DNA from: Octopus sinensis
Lineage: Eukaryota
Assembly: GCF_006345805.1 (NCBI RefSeq)
Contig: NC_043017.1
Location: forward strand, 33,356,001-33,420,000
DNA length: 64,000 bases
Direction: 5' to 3'
Below the pieces are notes generated by a model. It did no database searches and was not told where the DNA came from. It saw only the letters and a program-made list of their open reading frames with translations. Below, in pieces: positions 1-13,509 of this stretch; the first letter of the stretch is position 1, and each line of letters starts with the position of its first letter. The position numbers were made by a program, and so were the translations under genes.

Positions 1-134
1 GTCATACTGGGGCATCACCTTGGGGAATGTTTAAGTAGAACTAATTGATCTCAGTACTTTTTTTCCAAGTTTGGTACTTATTATACCAGTCTCTTTTGTT
101 GAACTGCTAATTTATGGGGGATGTAAACACACCC

Positions 135-352
135 ATTTTTTACTACCCACAAAGGGCTAAATACAGAGAGGACAAACAAGGACAGACAAACGGATTAAGT
201 CGATTATATCGACCCCAGTGCGTAACCGGTACTTAATTTATCGACCACGAAAGAATGAAAGGCAAAGTCGACCTCAGCGAAATTTGAACTCAGAACGTAA
301 CGGCAGACGAAATACGGCTACGCATTTCACCCGGCGTGCTAACCTTTCTGCC
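135..352 (-). mobile_element. tRNA-derived SINE family B nested in a decayed family-A copy (1-545)
   Basis: Matches the other B copies; family-A sequence resumes on both sides. Confidence 0.82.
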
Positions 353-614
353 ACAACCACACACGGATATATACATATATGTATATGACAAGCTTCTTTC
401 AGTTTCCATCTACTAATTCTACTGACAAGGTTTGGATCGGCCTATGGCTACTGTAGAAGACACTTGCACAAGGTACCATGCAGTGGGACTGAACCTGGAA
501 CCATGTGATTGGGAAGCAAATTTTGTACCACACAGCCATTATGTGGTATGGTCTATAGAAGTTATGTTACTTTGTCTCGTCCTCTGACCAGAAGTGGAAG
601 AACTTCAGACGCAG

Positions 615-765
615 GTACGTAGCTTGCTTACCAGCCACATGGTTCCGGGTTCAGTCCGACAGCGTGGCTCCTTGAGCAAGTGTCTTCTATTATAGCCTCG
701 GTCCGACCAAAGCCTTGTGAGTGGATTTGGTAGACGGAAACTGAAAGAAGCCCATCATATATATG

Positions 766-829
<64 letters not shown>

Positions 830-1036
830 TGTGTCTGTGTTTGTCCCCCAACATCGCCTGACAACTGATGCTGGTGTGTTTACGTCCCAGTAACATAGCG
901 GTTCTGCAAAAGAGACCGATAGAATAAGTACTAGGCTTACAAAGAATACGTCCTGGGGTCAATTTGCTCGACTAAAGGTGGTGCTCCAGCATGGCCACAT
1001 TCAAACGACTGAAACGAGTAAAAGAGTAAAAGAGTA
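615..1036 (+). mobile_element. tRNA-derived SINE family A (internal (TA)n(TG)n, GTAAAAGA tail)
   Basis: Matches the copies at 5923, 54924 and 59584. Confidence 0.85.
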
Positions 1037-1179
1037 TGATCGTTCTATGTGCTAAGAATATCAACCAAATGTTCCTCAAATTACACCTAACCATCTTAAA
1101 GCAAGAAAGAAAGAATGCCTTAAAATAGAAGTCAGAATGATTATGGTTTTATATGGCTTTGCTTCTCTAGGACTAAGCA

Positions 1180-1585
1180 ACAATGACTGTGGCCAAACTG
1201 GGGCACCACCTTGAAGGGCTTTAGTTGAACAAACCAAACCTAGGACTTATTTATTTAAGCCTAGTACTTATTCTGTCAGTTCTTTAGCTGAACCACTAAG
1301 TCACAGGGATATAAACACACCAACACTGGTTGTCAAGCAGTGGTGGTAGAACAGACAGACACACACACACACACACGCATACACACACACGCGCACACAC
1401 GCACACATACATAAATGCATTTACGATGGGCTTTTTCAGTTTCTGTCAACCAAATCTACTCACAAGACTTTGGTCAACTAGAGGCTATAGTAGAAGACAC
1501 TTGCCGAAGGTACCAAGCGGTGGGACTGAAGCTGGAACCATATGACTGGAAAGCAATCTTCTTACCACAAAGCCATGTCTGCACC
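1180..1585 (-). mobile_element. SINE family A, older copy
   Basis: Degenerate reverse copy. Confidence 0.7.
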
Positions 1586-3574
1586 TAATATACAAACATT
1601 TCCAGAAAATATCCCGAATTGTAGCATCAGGCAGGGGCAGAGTAATGGCATGAAAAATGTAGAGAAGAAATATAAGTGTATAGTTCGACTTTGTATCTAA
1701 GAATTTATGGATGCAACATGTTCACAGTTATAAGCCTTTAGATGTGTGGATTTACATCACTGAATTAATATAACCATATATATTCATGACATAATAATAT
1801 GTTTGCTTCAATCTATTTAGCTTGAAAGCTGGTAGGAATCTCTGTGAAAATAACCTGTGATTATCTTGTAGTCTATCCTTCAAAAGTGTGGTCTTTCATT
1901 AATTTCAGAGTACAGATAAATAAGAGTCCTGTAAGGTCCGTAAAGTTTATAGTATTCTATCAAACTGCCAATTTTAGTTTGGTTGGCGATAGCACTATTC
2001 TGATGCTGAGAAGAAAAGATTTCATTAACTGACTTTAGTCCTTTCTGATAATATCATGGGAACAAAAATGGATAGCAGAAGATATAGAATAAATTCTTTG
2101 TAGTGAATCATTGTTTGAAGTAAACATTTTGAAGCAAAGAAAAGTTTTAATCTTTACAAAAAGGGAAACAAACAAAGAAAAAATATATTTACTAAAGAGA
2201 ATTGTCAGTTACTATTTGTAAAGCTTGGTTGATTAGTTTAATTCAGGCTCTAAGAATGGTCTCCCCGATGTATCATATCTACTGTCTTTCATTTTATTAA
2301 AATTGAAAGTCCCAGGTTAATTAGGTACCAAGTGATGCCAAATAAATTCATAGGAGATTTGATGAATGTCAGCTATGTATTTGAACTAGCCAAATAGGCG
2401 ACCAAACGTGAAGCAAGGCCTCTTGTGCAGACCACAAAGCAGATAATGTTTAGCGATCTTTCAAGCGTGCTTTTGTCTTGCAAGCCAATATTCAGATTAT
2501 AGATCGATTTGATGTATAAAATAGAAGTGCAGAAAACTATTTAAGTTCTATTGCAGTTATCTTAACTAGAATAGTATTGGACGAAAGTAAAAGATAGCAA
2601 GAATTTATTTTTGCTTCATAGCTTTCTGAACAAATTTGACAGAGTGAAATAATTTAAAACAATTCTGTGAAGAATTTTAAGTCTATTCAATGATAATGCA
2701 ATTACTAGTGAGAACTTTATAGATAGAAAGCATTTTTTTTTATATTTCTATAGTTCTTTCATCCTATGGTTTTATATTAGTGTAAATTGCACATTCTGTT
2801 TAAGAAGATAAGAAATTTAAATACAAATTTATTTACTGAAGCATACAAAACCTCAGATTAATTTCTGGTCAATGCGTCACTGCATGAAACTTTATAAACA
2901 CATTCTTCTAATACCAGTGATTTTTCTAATGGCATGAACTATTGTATCTTTATAAACACATTCTTCAAATTCCAGTTAGTAGTTAAAGTCTACTGCATAT
3001 TATTTTCTTTCATGTTTGCATGGATTGTATTGGATGGTTGTTCTACCAATTTTAAATATTTGCATGTGACTTTGTTGCAAAGGATGTTATAGCTATTACA
3101 TATAGGTCCAATCTCAAACCTCCAACTGGGGAGTCTTAAGATATAATGGACTGTTACAGATTTTACATCCTGGTAAATTGAGGCAAACAGCATGCCATTT
3201 CTTTTCCACAATTCTTATTACCATTAGCTAAGCGGTTTCATCATAGAGTCCAAGGAATTATTGATATACAATTGTAATCCTAAATGAACAGATGTCAGCA
3301 TAGCTGTGTTGCTAAGAAATGTACTTCTGAACCACGTTGCTTTAGGTTCAGTTCCACTGCAAAGCAACTTGGGTAAGTGTCATCTAATATAACCCTAAGT
3401 AGACCAAAGTGTTGTGTAGGGATTTGGTAGCCAGAAACTGAAAGAAGCCTATTGCATATATCATCAGCATCACCATCATCACCATTGTCATTATCACTTT
3501 TCCATGCTTTCATGAATCAAATGATGTGTGTAAGTGTTTGTGTGTGTGTATATGTATTTGTGTGTCGTCGTCGT

Positions 3575-4310
3575 CATCATCATCATCATCATCATCATCT
3601 GGTCAAGCTTGCTCAGACATTTTTAACCAGCCCATGCATCCATCATCCATCTTCATGCTGCATTAGTTGACGTAGATCTTCAGGGATTATGATATAATGT
3701 TCCTGGTCAGTCATCTACATATGCCGTATTTGGATGACCAGCTCATGTACAGCCATGCTTTGGCATTCATAGCAGTTGGTCAGCTTTTGTTTTAGCTCTC
3801 CAGCAATGTCTCACTAAGCACAAGTGCCTTTCCCTTATACTGGGGGAAACAGGCAGGAGACCTCCTTACAGCTGTTTCTTGGTAGGATGAAGTCTCCAAG
3901 AAATGTTTAAGACTGCTCGTAACAAGTTTCTTTGGCATGAAAACTAGAGTACTCCAGTGGGGACACACTGGTACCTTTCCTCTTCAGGATCACTCTGGAT
4001 TATGTCCTTAGAACATCACTTTACAAACTAACCGGCCTCCATTTCACACTTGTGAAAATAAGATCTATTGGTCATCCAGCTCAAACAAGAAGTGATGTAG
4101 ACCAAGCAGATGATTTAACCTTGCCCTCTGACACAATATCAAATGCCATCCTATTGTTTCACAGTCTATGATTAGCTGCACATAATGGTGGACGATTCGT
4201 TAAACTTAATAAGACCAAGTTCATTGCTCACAATCAACAAGGATCCCTCACCAACATCCCGAGAGACCCTATCCATAAAGTTGATGATATCTATGCTTGT
4301 GTGTCTTTAT
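3575..4310. mobile_element. Decayed RTE/RTEX-like LINE with an internal inversion
   Basis: Minus strand 3935 to 3575: RAVLNISWRLHPTKKQL..RHCWRAK and a (GAT)n tail. Plus strand 3947 to 4310: GDTLVPFLFRITLDYVLRTS and DVDQADDLTL. Confidence 0.68.
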
Positions 4311-4549
4311 GCCTATGATTGTCCCCCACCGCTGCTTTACAACCAGCATGGCTGTACTCTAGTGACTGAAATAAGTAAAAGATAAAATATATATAGATTA
4401 TTATTTCTTTAACCCTTCTCTTTCTAGTATCTGCCTTTGCCGTCAAATCTACTAACGGTTTTTTTTAAAATACTTAATAACGTTCTGTTTATCATTTAGG
4501 CAGTCATTGTAATTGGTATAATGTCTTGTTCTTGAGAGAGGCTCTCTTT

Positions 4550-4631
4550 CTTTCCTGATGAGAAGATTGTATTTTACACCGTTTATTCCTTTGGAATAAT
4601 ACCATGTTGTCTTCGAAACATATGTCGAAAG
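4550..4631 (+). ncRNA. Type I hammerhead ribozyme motif with intact core
   Basis: Stem I CTTTC/GAAAG, CUGAUGA (4555-4561), stem II GAAGA/TCTTC, GAA, palindromic stem III ACATATGT, GUC triad at C4626. Confidence 0.78.
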
Positions 4632-5040
4632 TAAAAGAATTTTAATAACATCTTCGTTCAACTCCATTTATTTACTTATTACACACAAATTACTGCACAT
4701 TAACCCGGAGTTTCTACCTTTGAATAGGTCGCTTCATCCATGTTACTTGCGTGAATTTTGCTACCCTGGTAACTGTTTATTGAATTTTCCATGTTAACAG
4801 TAAACAAATGATAATTCATTCATCCATTTATATATATATATATATATATAATCAAAAGGGTAATAATATAGATTACTACCAGTGGCCCAGCACAAAGGAC
4901 GAATTAGTCATTAGACAAAATATTATTCATATAGAAATATAATTAAGCGTTCCTAAATAAGGATGCCAAGTGCTAGGGACACAAAAAAGGGATAAATTTA
5001 TCGAGAGTGAAAATCAAAAACATTTACCATTAACGATACA

Positions 5041-5118
5041 TCCCGGACTGATCAGTTTCTACCTCTTTCTAGCAAAACAGATAGAAGATGTTTGCTAAGG
5101 CCGGTTTCATGAGCGAGA
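5041..5118 (-). ncRNA. Hammerhead-like motif, degenerate (G5C, 10.1-11.1 mismatch)
   Basis: TCTCG-CTCATGA...GAA-ACTGATCAGT-C-CGGGA; stem III is a perfect 10-nt palindrome. Confidence 0.5.
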
Positions 5119-5121
5119 CGC

Positions 5122-5155
<34 letters not shown>

Positions 5156-5922
5156 GATCCTTTTCTAAGCTAGCCAATAAAATGAGCATTTCTATACTCA
5201 TTTGACAACTAGAAATAGTAGCTAAATCTCCCACAAATAATGCCCCAAATATTTATGGAAATCAAGAGAGCACATTCGGTAATGAATTACTCTATTCACT
5301 ATATCTTATAAAAAGAGACAGCAGTTTTATTGCTCAGGTTTTTACCTGGGGCTAAACAACACGGAAACATTTAAATAAAAATCACTAAAATTATACAAAT
5401 TCTATTTTGTTGTCTGTCTACAGCAGCGATGTTTTGTTTACAGTTTTCTTGCTTCAGCCATTTCTTTTCCACTAAAACAAAAATCAAGAGTGTTATATTT
5501 TCAGACTATGATAGTAAAATAGTAGATAATTGTTTCAGCATAATAATTACATATTAAACTATGTTATACTTAAAAATATACGTAACTTAGAATCTAATTA
5601 GCAAATGTTTTCTAGTTCTGTCTTTTTTTTTTCTTTTTACTTTTCTCAACTTTATCTTTTGCCAAAGTTTTTAATTTTTTTTTTCAAGTTTTGAAATTTG
5701 TATCGTTTTCAAATCAGACGTAGCAAAGACTGATTCAGTACCTGAATTTTATGAACGACCACAGATCAGCAAGTATTACATTATAAATGACCATCTTGGT
5801 ACAATTTGATTTTAATTGTTGATGTTGTTATTGTTTACTCCAAGCCAGTATTGATAAACCTGACAGACTTATGATCAAATCTGTCCCCACTATGACAATA
5901 ATACTTTTTTTAATCTGCATAT

Positions 5923-6080
5923 AGGCGCAGGAGTGGTAAGTAGCTTGCTTACCAACCACATGGTTACGGGTTCAGTTCCACACCGTGGCACCTTGGGCAA
6001 CTGTCTTCTACTATAGCCTCGGGCCGACCAAAGCCTTGTGAGTGGATTTGGTAGACGGAAACTGAAAGAAGCCCGTCGTG

Positions 6081-6117
<37 letters not shown>

Positions 6118-6357
6118 ATTTTTGTGTGTCTGTGTGTGTGTGTGTTTGTGTGTCTGTGTTTGTCCCCCCCAACATCACTTGACAACCGATGCTGGTGTGT
6201 TTACGTCTCCGTAACTTAGCGGTTCGGCAAAAGAGACCGATAGAATAAGTACTAGGCTTACAAAGAATAAGTCCTGGGGTCGATTTGCTCGACTAAAAGG
6301 CGATGCTCCAGCATGGCCACAGTCAAATGACTGAAACAAGTAAAAGAGTAAAAGAGT
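5923..6357 (+). mobile_element. SINE family A
   Basis: GGCGCAGGAGTGG head, B-box-like GGTTCAGTTCC, internal microsatellite, tail. Confidence 0.88.
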
Positions 6358-8456
6358 AATATATATTATATCTAGGACCACATTATGTACTCTGTTCTCT
6401 AAATTAACTAGGAACAGATGATGAAAGAAATTCAACTGTTATCTAAACAAGGCTACTCTACTGGCATATTTAACTTTCAGGGAGATGCTTGGGAGTAGAT
6501 GTAGCCGTATGTGGCAACCAGGACTCAAAGGCGCTTTAGAACAAGATTGATTCAGGGATTTATGAGTTGGAGAGTCCTCTAGTCATTAAATGAGGCTGAA
6601 CATTTTTAGGGAGAATCCCAAGATAATCTTATCCTTGTCGCTGAGTCCCATATTAAATACTGGCTGAGGGTCTTGGTTTTCTAAAGTGGTTGTTGTTCTA
6701 AGCAAAAGCAAATTAAAATTTGTAGAAACACATCATTCATCTCCTTTCCAAAATATATAATCTCCTCATTAATTTTACCTTATCCATTTTTTTTTTTCAT
6801 TTTCAAGACAAGAATTTCTCTTTAACTTTAACCTACTCCAGCAGAGAATGTGTCTACTGTGATCCCTTTCTCCAAATAATTTCCAGCCTATGTTTATTCT
6901 AACATATCTAACATGCACATATCCTTGTTTTCACCAATTCAGTTCAGTCTTTTTGTTTGCATTCAAGAGGGTGCTTTCGTTTCAAGATTTTTGGTGTAAC
7001 TGATTTTAAAGATAAATGCTGTTATTAATGCTAAACTTTCAATAACAACAAATTTTATCTTGAGTTTGTCAGTTATGAAAAATTATGCATGCAGTTGTGT
7101 ATCTTAATTAGAAGGAGAAAACCATGACAGAAGTAAGACCTGCACATATAACAACTAGGTTCACTATTTCAGTAGTTTAATCTCAAATTTATCAGGTTAT
7201 TACCAAGCATAGAATCTGTACTCATGTACCCCACACCTCTTCTCATTTATTTATATCATAATCCAAGGTTTCTATTCATACGAGTTGACCTAAACAAATA
7301 TACAATCACAAAAAGTGAAGGGTTCATTTTATAATATAGTTGTTTGTGATACACTTTGTAATGAAAATCTTACTGGAAAGTAAGTAATTATAATCTGTTA
7401 AACTTTAGCTGACCGGCAGTAAGCAACAATATAATTTTTTAATTATTATTTCGCCAACAAATAACTAACAACCAACAGTTGTTAGTTATTCAACAATATA
7501 TTTCCCAGCATTAACTAGCTACCTCACAAATTACTGGGTGAGGAGACCAAATGCCTTGTGATACTTACTCAAGTTTCTTGTATTCTAAGAACTAAGACTC
7601 GCAAGTTTAACTTTACCTTTCAATCCTTCGGGGTCACAAAAAGTGAAAATGGGTGAACCGGCTGAATCATTAGTAAGTCGGACAGTATGCCTTGTGGTGT
7701 TAGCTTTGTCTCTTTGGCCATTCTCTGCAGAAATGCTATTGCAGTTGTAACAAATAAAGAAGAATGAAATGATAGTATTTGGATAAGTTGAATAAGCAAT
7801 GATTTATTTCTCTCGTTATCAAAATAAGATTGCCAAAAGTGAATGATGATTATATTAGAGTCTGTAACAGGGATTTACTTGTCTTCAGTTCTGCTGGGTC
7901 TGTTGATGTGGCTGCAGTCGATTGTCCGTTGCGGTAATGATGGAGACTGGAGAAGGCTAGTTGAAGAAAGCTGTGAGACAGGCTTGATTTCTGGTTCATC
8001 GATGCTAGTCAAAACAGACATGGTGTGGGGTCAGTGGCTGCTGCCAAAGACAAAGAAAGGCAGGTTCCAGAGACAAAGTGGTCTTTACAGCATTGTAAAC
8101 AAACTGATGCAAACACACGACTGCACAGTTAGTAACCGACCAATAGATGCAACTAGTTTGGTAAGCCACTGGATCATGTGACTCAAAGGAAAGAAAAGGT
8201 CTGGTGATTCCATTCTGCAGCATTTAAGCCTAAACAACCGAACATAATAAAAGTGTCATCTTCCACCAGACCAAACTGAGTAAAAACAAAAATATTTTCT
8301 CTAGATTGAACCTGACCAACTTTAATCTTTGGAATAAAATCGGTCGCCATTGGTTTCCACATAGAACACCCTTTAGCATTCAGATTACTCTATCAAATGT
8401 GATGCTTATTTATTCCCATTGTTCTGAATTTATCACTCATTATCTCATAATTTCAA

Positions 8457-8681
8457 GAGCTGGCAGAAACGTTAGCGCGCCGGGCGAAATGGGTAGCCGC
8501 ATTTCGTCTGTCATTACGTTCTGAGTTCAAATTCCGCTGAGGTCGACTTTGCCTTTCATCCTTTCGGGGTTGATAAATTAAGTACCAGTTACGCACTGGG
8601 GTCGATATAATCGACTTAATCCGTTTGTCTGTCTTTGTTTGTCCCCTCTATGTTTAGTCCCTTGTGGGCAATAAAGAAATA
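8457..8681 (+). mobile_element. SINE family B
   Basis: A-box-like TGGCAGAAACG, B box GTTCAAATTCC, central GCCTTTCATCCTTTCGGGGTCGATAAA motif, tail TGTGGGCAATAAAGAAAT. Confidence 0.87.
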
Positions 8682-9261
8682 TAATTTCAAGATTCCAATG
8701 ATGTGATATTTTTTTTATTTTTGAAATGACATTGTAGAACAGGTGTGAGAAGCGGGATCTGGCTGATTTAAAGCTAAAGGGTTAAGTACGTATATAAGTG
8801 GTGCTGTTTAAAATATGTGGCAGAAATCACATAATTAGGAAGACAATAATAGATATAGACCATGAGCACAAACGAATTCCTTCTAGTGCAAAATATAACA
8901 CCATGCAATTATTACTAGCAAATATGCAACTCCATCATTTGCGGTTTTCTGTTATAATACATTGCCAAATGCTTCTCTCCTTATGTCCCTCAAGTCCTCC
9001 TATAAGAACTTTTTGAGATGCTTCCCCTTAAAAAATAACAGCTAAGTCTCCATCAGATTACATCATAGGGACTTAAATATAACAATAGTACATAAGATAA
9101 TGTAATACAAAATAATAAAAATAGTTGGTATGTCTATGACTCCATGGCTGTAACAGGCTGAATGGTAGACCTGTTGCATCAGTATGACCGACAAAGAACC
9201 TTGCTTCTGCAGCCTTGGATAATGTCATTGCACTCAGTGACTAGATTATAAAGTATTGCTT

Positions 9262-9995
9262 CTCTTTTACTTGTTTCAGTCATTTGACTGTGGCCATGCT
9301 GGAGCACCGGCTTTAGTCGAACAAGTCGACCACAGGACTTATTCTTTGTAAGCCTAGTACTTATTCTATCGGTCTCTTTTGCCGAACCGCTAAGTTGCAG
9401 GGATGTAAACACACCAGCATCGGTTGTCAAGCGATTTTGGGGGACAAACACAGACACACAAACACACACACATATATATACATATACATATATACGGCAG
9501 GCTTCTTTCAGTTTCCGTCTACCAAATCCACTCACAAGGCTTTGGTCGGCACGAGGCTATAGAAGAAGACACTTGCCCAAGGTGCCACGCAGTGGGACTG
9601 AACCCGGAACCACATATAATATTTGTTTCAGTCATTTGATGTGGCCATGCTGGAGTACCGCCTTTAGTCGAGCAAATTAACCCCAGGTCTTATTTTTTGC
9701 GAGTCTAGTACTTATTCTATCGATCTCTTTTGCTGAACCGCTAAGTTACAGGGACGTAAACTCACCGGTATCGGTTGTCAAGCGATGTTGGGGGGACAAA
9801 CACAGAAACACAAACATATACACATATATATACGACGGACTTCTTTCAGTTTCCGTCTACCAAATCCACTCACAAGGCTTTGGTCAGCCCGAGGCTATAG
9901 TAGAAGACCCTTGCCCAAGGTTTCACGCAGTGGGACTGAACCGGGAACATGTGGTTGGTAAGAAGCGACTTACCACACAGCCACTCCTACGCTTA
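9262..9995 (-). mobile_element. Two tandem SINE family A copies
   Basis: Copies at 9262-9612 and 9620-9995. Confidence 0.85.
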
Positions 9996-10261
9996 TACTT
10001 AACACCCAGCCACTCCTACGTCTCTAAATATTGTCAATATTCAACTCAAAGTTGATAAAAATTATCATAAATAACTTTTGTTCTTTTCCCCCTCCCCAGA
10101 GATAGCATATTGGCTTTATGAAACAAAATCAATTGGGTCCTTCTTTTACATTACACATCAGTGGTCTATTGATTTTGAAAAATTTAACTAAAGGGAAGGT
10201 GTTGCCCTTGATATTAATAAACTGTTCCTCTTCTCAAGCAGGGAAAAGTCTTTTGAAAACT

Positions 10262-10341
<80 letters not shown>

Positions 10342-10776
10342 TTTCTCTGTTTTTATGTGTGTATGTCAAAAACTCAAAAATCACAAAGTAAACAAGAAAC
10401 GAAGGTATATTAGGTCTACATTCGCTGAGAAAATATTAGAAGTCTGTTAACATTTTGAGCATATGCACTTCTTCAAATAGGATAGACGAGGGTAGAAGAA
10501 AAACAAACAAACACGTCTCAAACATACAATCACCGTATGTTGAAATGACCGGAAGAGCAAGAGGCTGCTAAAGACGTGAGTGGCAAGGGAGACAACTGTC
10601 AATTTATCTTTAGGCATTAGTGGCAAGGGAGACAACAGTGATGTGGCTTATGTGTAGGCATGTGACCAAGCAAGTGTATGGATATGAAGCTAATGTGTGT
10701 TTGTGTGTGTCTGGAGGCGCGTGTAAGCATGTATGTAAATAAATAAGTCAAGTCACTTTCGAGTGCTATTGGTAAC

Positions 10777-11120
10777 ATGTAACCCAGTACAACCTACTGA
10801 ATGGTCGGGTCGTCGGCGACTAAACCGGCAACCCCACCAAACTTACTTGGTGAGGGGGTGTTTATTGGATACACTGCGGAATGTAAAAACAAAACCCGTC
10901 AAAGGGCGGAGGAACTCTTGAGAGTCAACGGCCATCCAATAAATGTCTTAAGGCTGTATCATGCGAGGGGACATAGAAATAATCGGACTGAATACCTGAT
11001 CGCACGGTTAAACCATTGGGAGTGAAGGACTCCTAGCCTTTGTTAGGGCATCCTTCTAGGAGAAGGTAACTCGGGTAACTGGGATAACTCCGACATAAAA
11101 CCTGCGGCTCAGTGGTTACC
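10777..11120 (+). mobile_element. Possible RTE 5'-UTR-like repeat
   Basis: GC-richer island with TTAGGGCATCCTTCTAGGAGAAGGTAACTC, which resembles RTE 5' UTR motifs from memory; not verified. Confidence 0.3.
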
Positions 11121-11669
11121 GATGATGTTGATTTGTTCTTCTTTTCGGATTATGGCTGCTGTTGCTTAGTGAGTGGGATTGACTCAGTGCACAGCCTTTA
11201 TTCACTTTTAAAAAAATCTTCTTGCACAGGCATTGCACGATAACAACATTGATTAAGCTTCGTGCAATGGCCATACTCGATAACGAGTGGACAGCCACCA
11301 AATAAGTAAGTGGGTAGGTATAAAGCTAGTGTGTATGTAGTCCACGCGTGTGTGAGGAAGCTCTTGTATGTGTATGAAGTGTTAATATGGCATGAATCCT
11401 CTATGTGCTGTGTATGTGTTTACATTTGTATGGACGCATGTATATATGTGTGACGTTATCTGATATGTGTGTGTGTGTGTGTGTGTGTATAAGGCTAACA
11501 TACGTTGTGTGTGTGAAGCTACAGTCTGCATGTACACCGTGTGTGCGTGAGTATTGGTGTGTATGCGTGTGTGTGTTCTAGTTTACTGTTTATGGCTGAG
11601 TGCGTTAAAGGCTATGAATGAAATGTGTCTGATCATACACGTGTGTACATGAAGCTATTGTGTTCGTTT

Positions 11670-12054
11670 GTGGAGGCGCAATGGCCCAGTGGTTAGGGCA
11701 GCGGACTCGCGGTCATAGGATCGCGGTTTCGATTCCCAGACCGGGCGTTGTGAGTGTTTATTGAGCGAAAACACCTAAAGCTCCACGAGGCTCCGGCAGG
11801 GGATGGTGGTGATCCCTGCTGTACTCTTTCACCACAACTTTCTCTCACTCTTACTTCCTGTTTCTGTTGTACCTGTATTTCAAAGGGCCGGCCTTATCAC
11901 TCTCTGTGTCACGCTGAATATCCCCGAGAACTACGTTAAAGGTGCACGTGTCTGTGGAGTGCTCAGCCACTTACACGTTAATTTCACGAGCAGGTTGTTC
12001 CGTTGATTCGGATCAACCGGAACACTCATCGTCGTAACCGACGGAGTGCTTCCC
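11670..12054 (+). mobile_element. tRNA-derived SINE family C (possibly the octopus OR type)
   Basis: A box TGGCCCAGTGG, B box GGTTTCGATTCC; 15-bp TSD CTATTGTGT(T/G)CGTTT. Confidence 0.88.
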
Positions 12055-12381
12055 CTATTGTGTGCGTTTCTGTCTGTATGTCACTGTTTTCAGTTTGTGG
12101 AAGCTAACTGGGCAACGTGTGCAAGAAGCTAATGTGTGTGTTTACTTTGCATGTTTTTACGTGTGCATGGGCACGTGTATGCGTGTGGGTACGTGGATTT
12201 TAAGAGTTTCATGCTACATAAAGGTTTTGGGGGACTGGAGGTGGCAAAAGTGGCTGGTGTTGGGCAGTATAGGTATGTGATTATACGTCTGCTATTAGAA
12301 GTGTGGTGCTAGTGTGTGCGGAATGCCTAGAATGGGCGTGTATAGGTGTATGTATGTGGTGCTTGTAAATGGCATTTGTGT

Positions 12382-12795
12382 GGTGAGCTGGCAGAATCGT
12401 TAGCACGCCGGGCGAAATGCTTTGCGGTATTTCGTCTGCTGTTACACTCTGAGTTCAAATTCCGCCGAGGTCGACTTTACCTTTCATCCTTTCGGGTCGA
12501 TAAATTAAGTACCAGTTACGCACTGGGTTCTATGTAATCGACTTAATCTGTTTGTCTGTCCTTGTTTGTTTCCTCTGTGTTTAGCCACTTGTGGGTAGTA
12601 AAGAAATAGGTATTTCGTCTGCCGTTACGTTCTGAGTTCAAATTCTGCCGAGGTCGACTTTGCCTTTCATCCTTTCGGGGTCGATCAATTAAGGACCAGT
12701 TACGCACTGAGGTCGATGTAATCGACTTAATCCGTTTGTCTGTCCTTGTTTGTTTCCTCTGTGTTTAGCCCCTTGTGGGTAGTAAAGAAATAGGT
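12382..12795 (+). mobile_element. SINE family B with a tandemly duplicated body
   Basis: One head and two ~180-bp bodies joined at AAAGAAATAGGT|ATTTCGTCTG. Confidence 0.87.
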
Positions 12796-13509
12796 GTTTG
12801 TGTGGTGTCAGGTAATGAGTTAAATGGTATAGAAAAGGAATGTATGGAGTAGAAGTGGAAGGCCAGTGCAATGGTAAAAGGTGTGTAAATGTATACGGAG
12901 GAATGATTTAAATTAAAATGGGGTGGAGAAGTTAGACCATGAGGGACTGAAGTATGGAGAAAGAAAATTAATTCCTGCTTCTGATGGAGACATGTGTGCG
13001 AGTGATGTCTGTTCAAAGCCAGTCCAAAGACAAGTAGATGTTGCAGGGAATAACCTGTCGAGTGGAGACGGTGTGGGATCAGAGTTTTCATTACCAAGTC
13101 ACGAAGATGTTCAGCAAAACAGTCAGTCAGACACAAATACACTTAAGTGTAGATTATTGCTCTTGTATGTTGAAATGTTTACTCCAGCTCACATTGAAAC
13201 ACACATACTTACACAAAAGTGAGTTGTAACCATTAGGTTATTTCAGCAGTTTGGATAATTACATATTTAGAACCAATCAAGAGGCTTTTATACAATTGCT
13301 GCTCTTCTAGAAATACTAACTGATACTCAGCCACCCTCAGTAGTATCCACAACATCTTCAAAAATGTTATTCATAGCTAAATGATACGTGAATGAAAAGA
13401 TGGGATGGTCATTATGTGGATGCCTTTAACCATAAGTCTTTCACATCAGAGCTGACATGAGGGCCAGGCGAAAACAAAATCACTTACTAATGAAAGGTGT
13501 CTTTTACCT

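Noticed and set aside
7843-8223. GC-richer island; possible minus-strand exon (ATG at 8021 to a GT at 7878, MSVLTSIDEPEIKP...)
   Set aside because: No recognisable domain or partner exons; cannot be supported without transcript data.
11672-11745. tRNA gene candidate
   Set aside because: It is the tRNA-derived head of a SINE with a long tail, TSDs and multiple copies.
12923-13222. 99-aa ORF with plausible composition
   Set aside because: No motif, no clear splice context.
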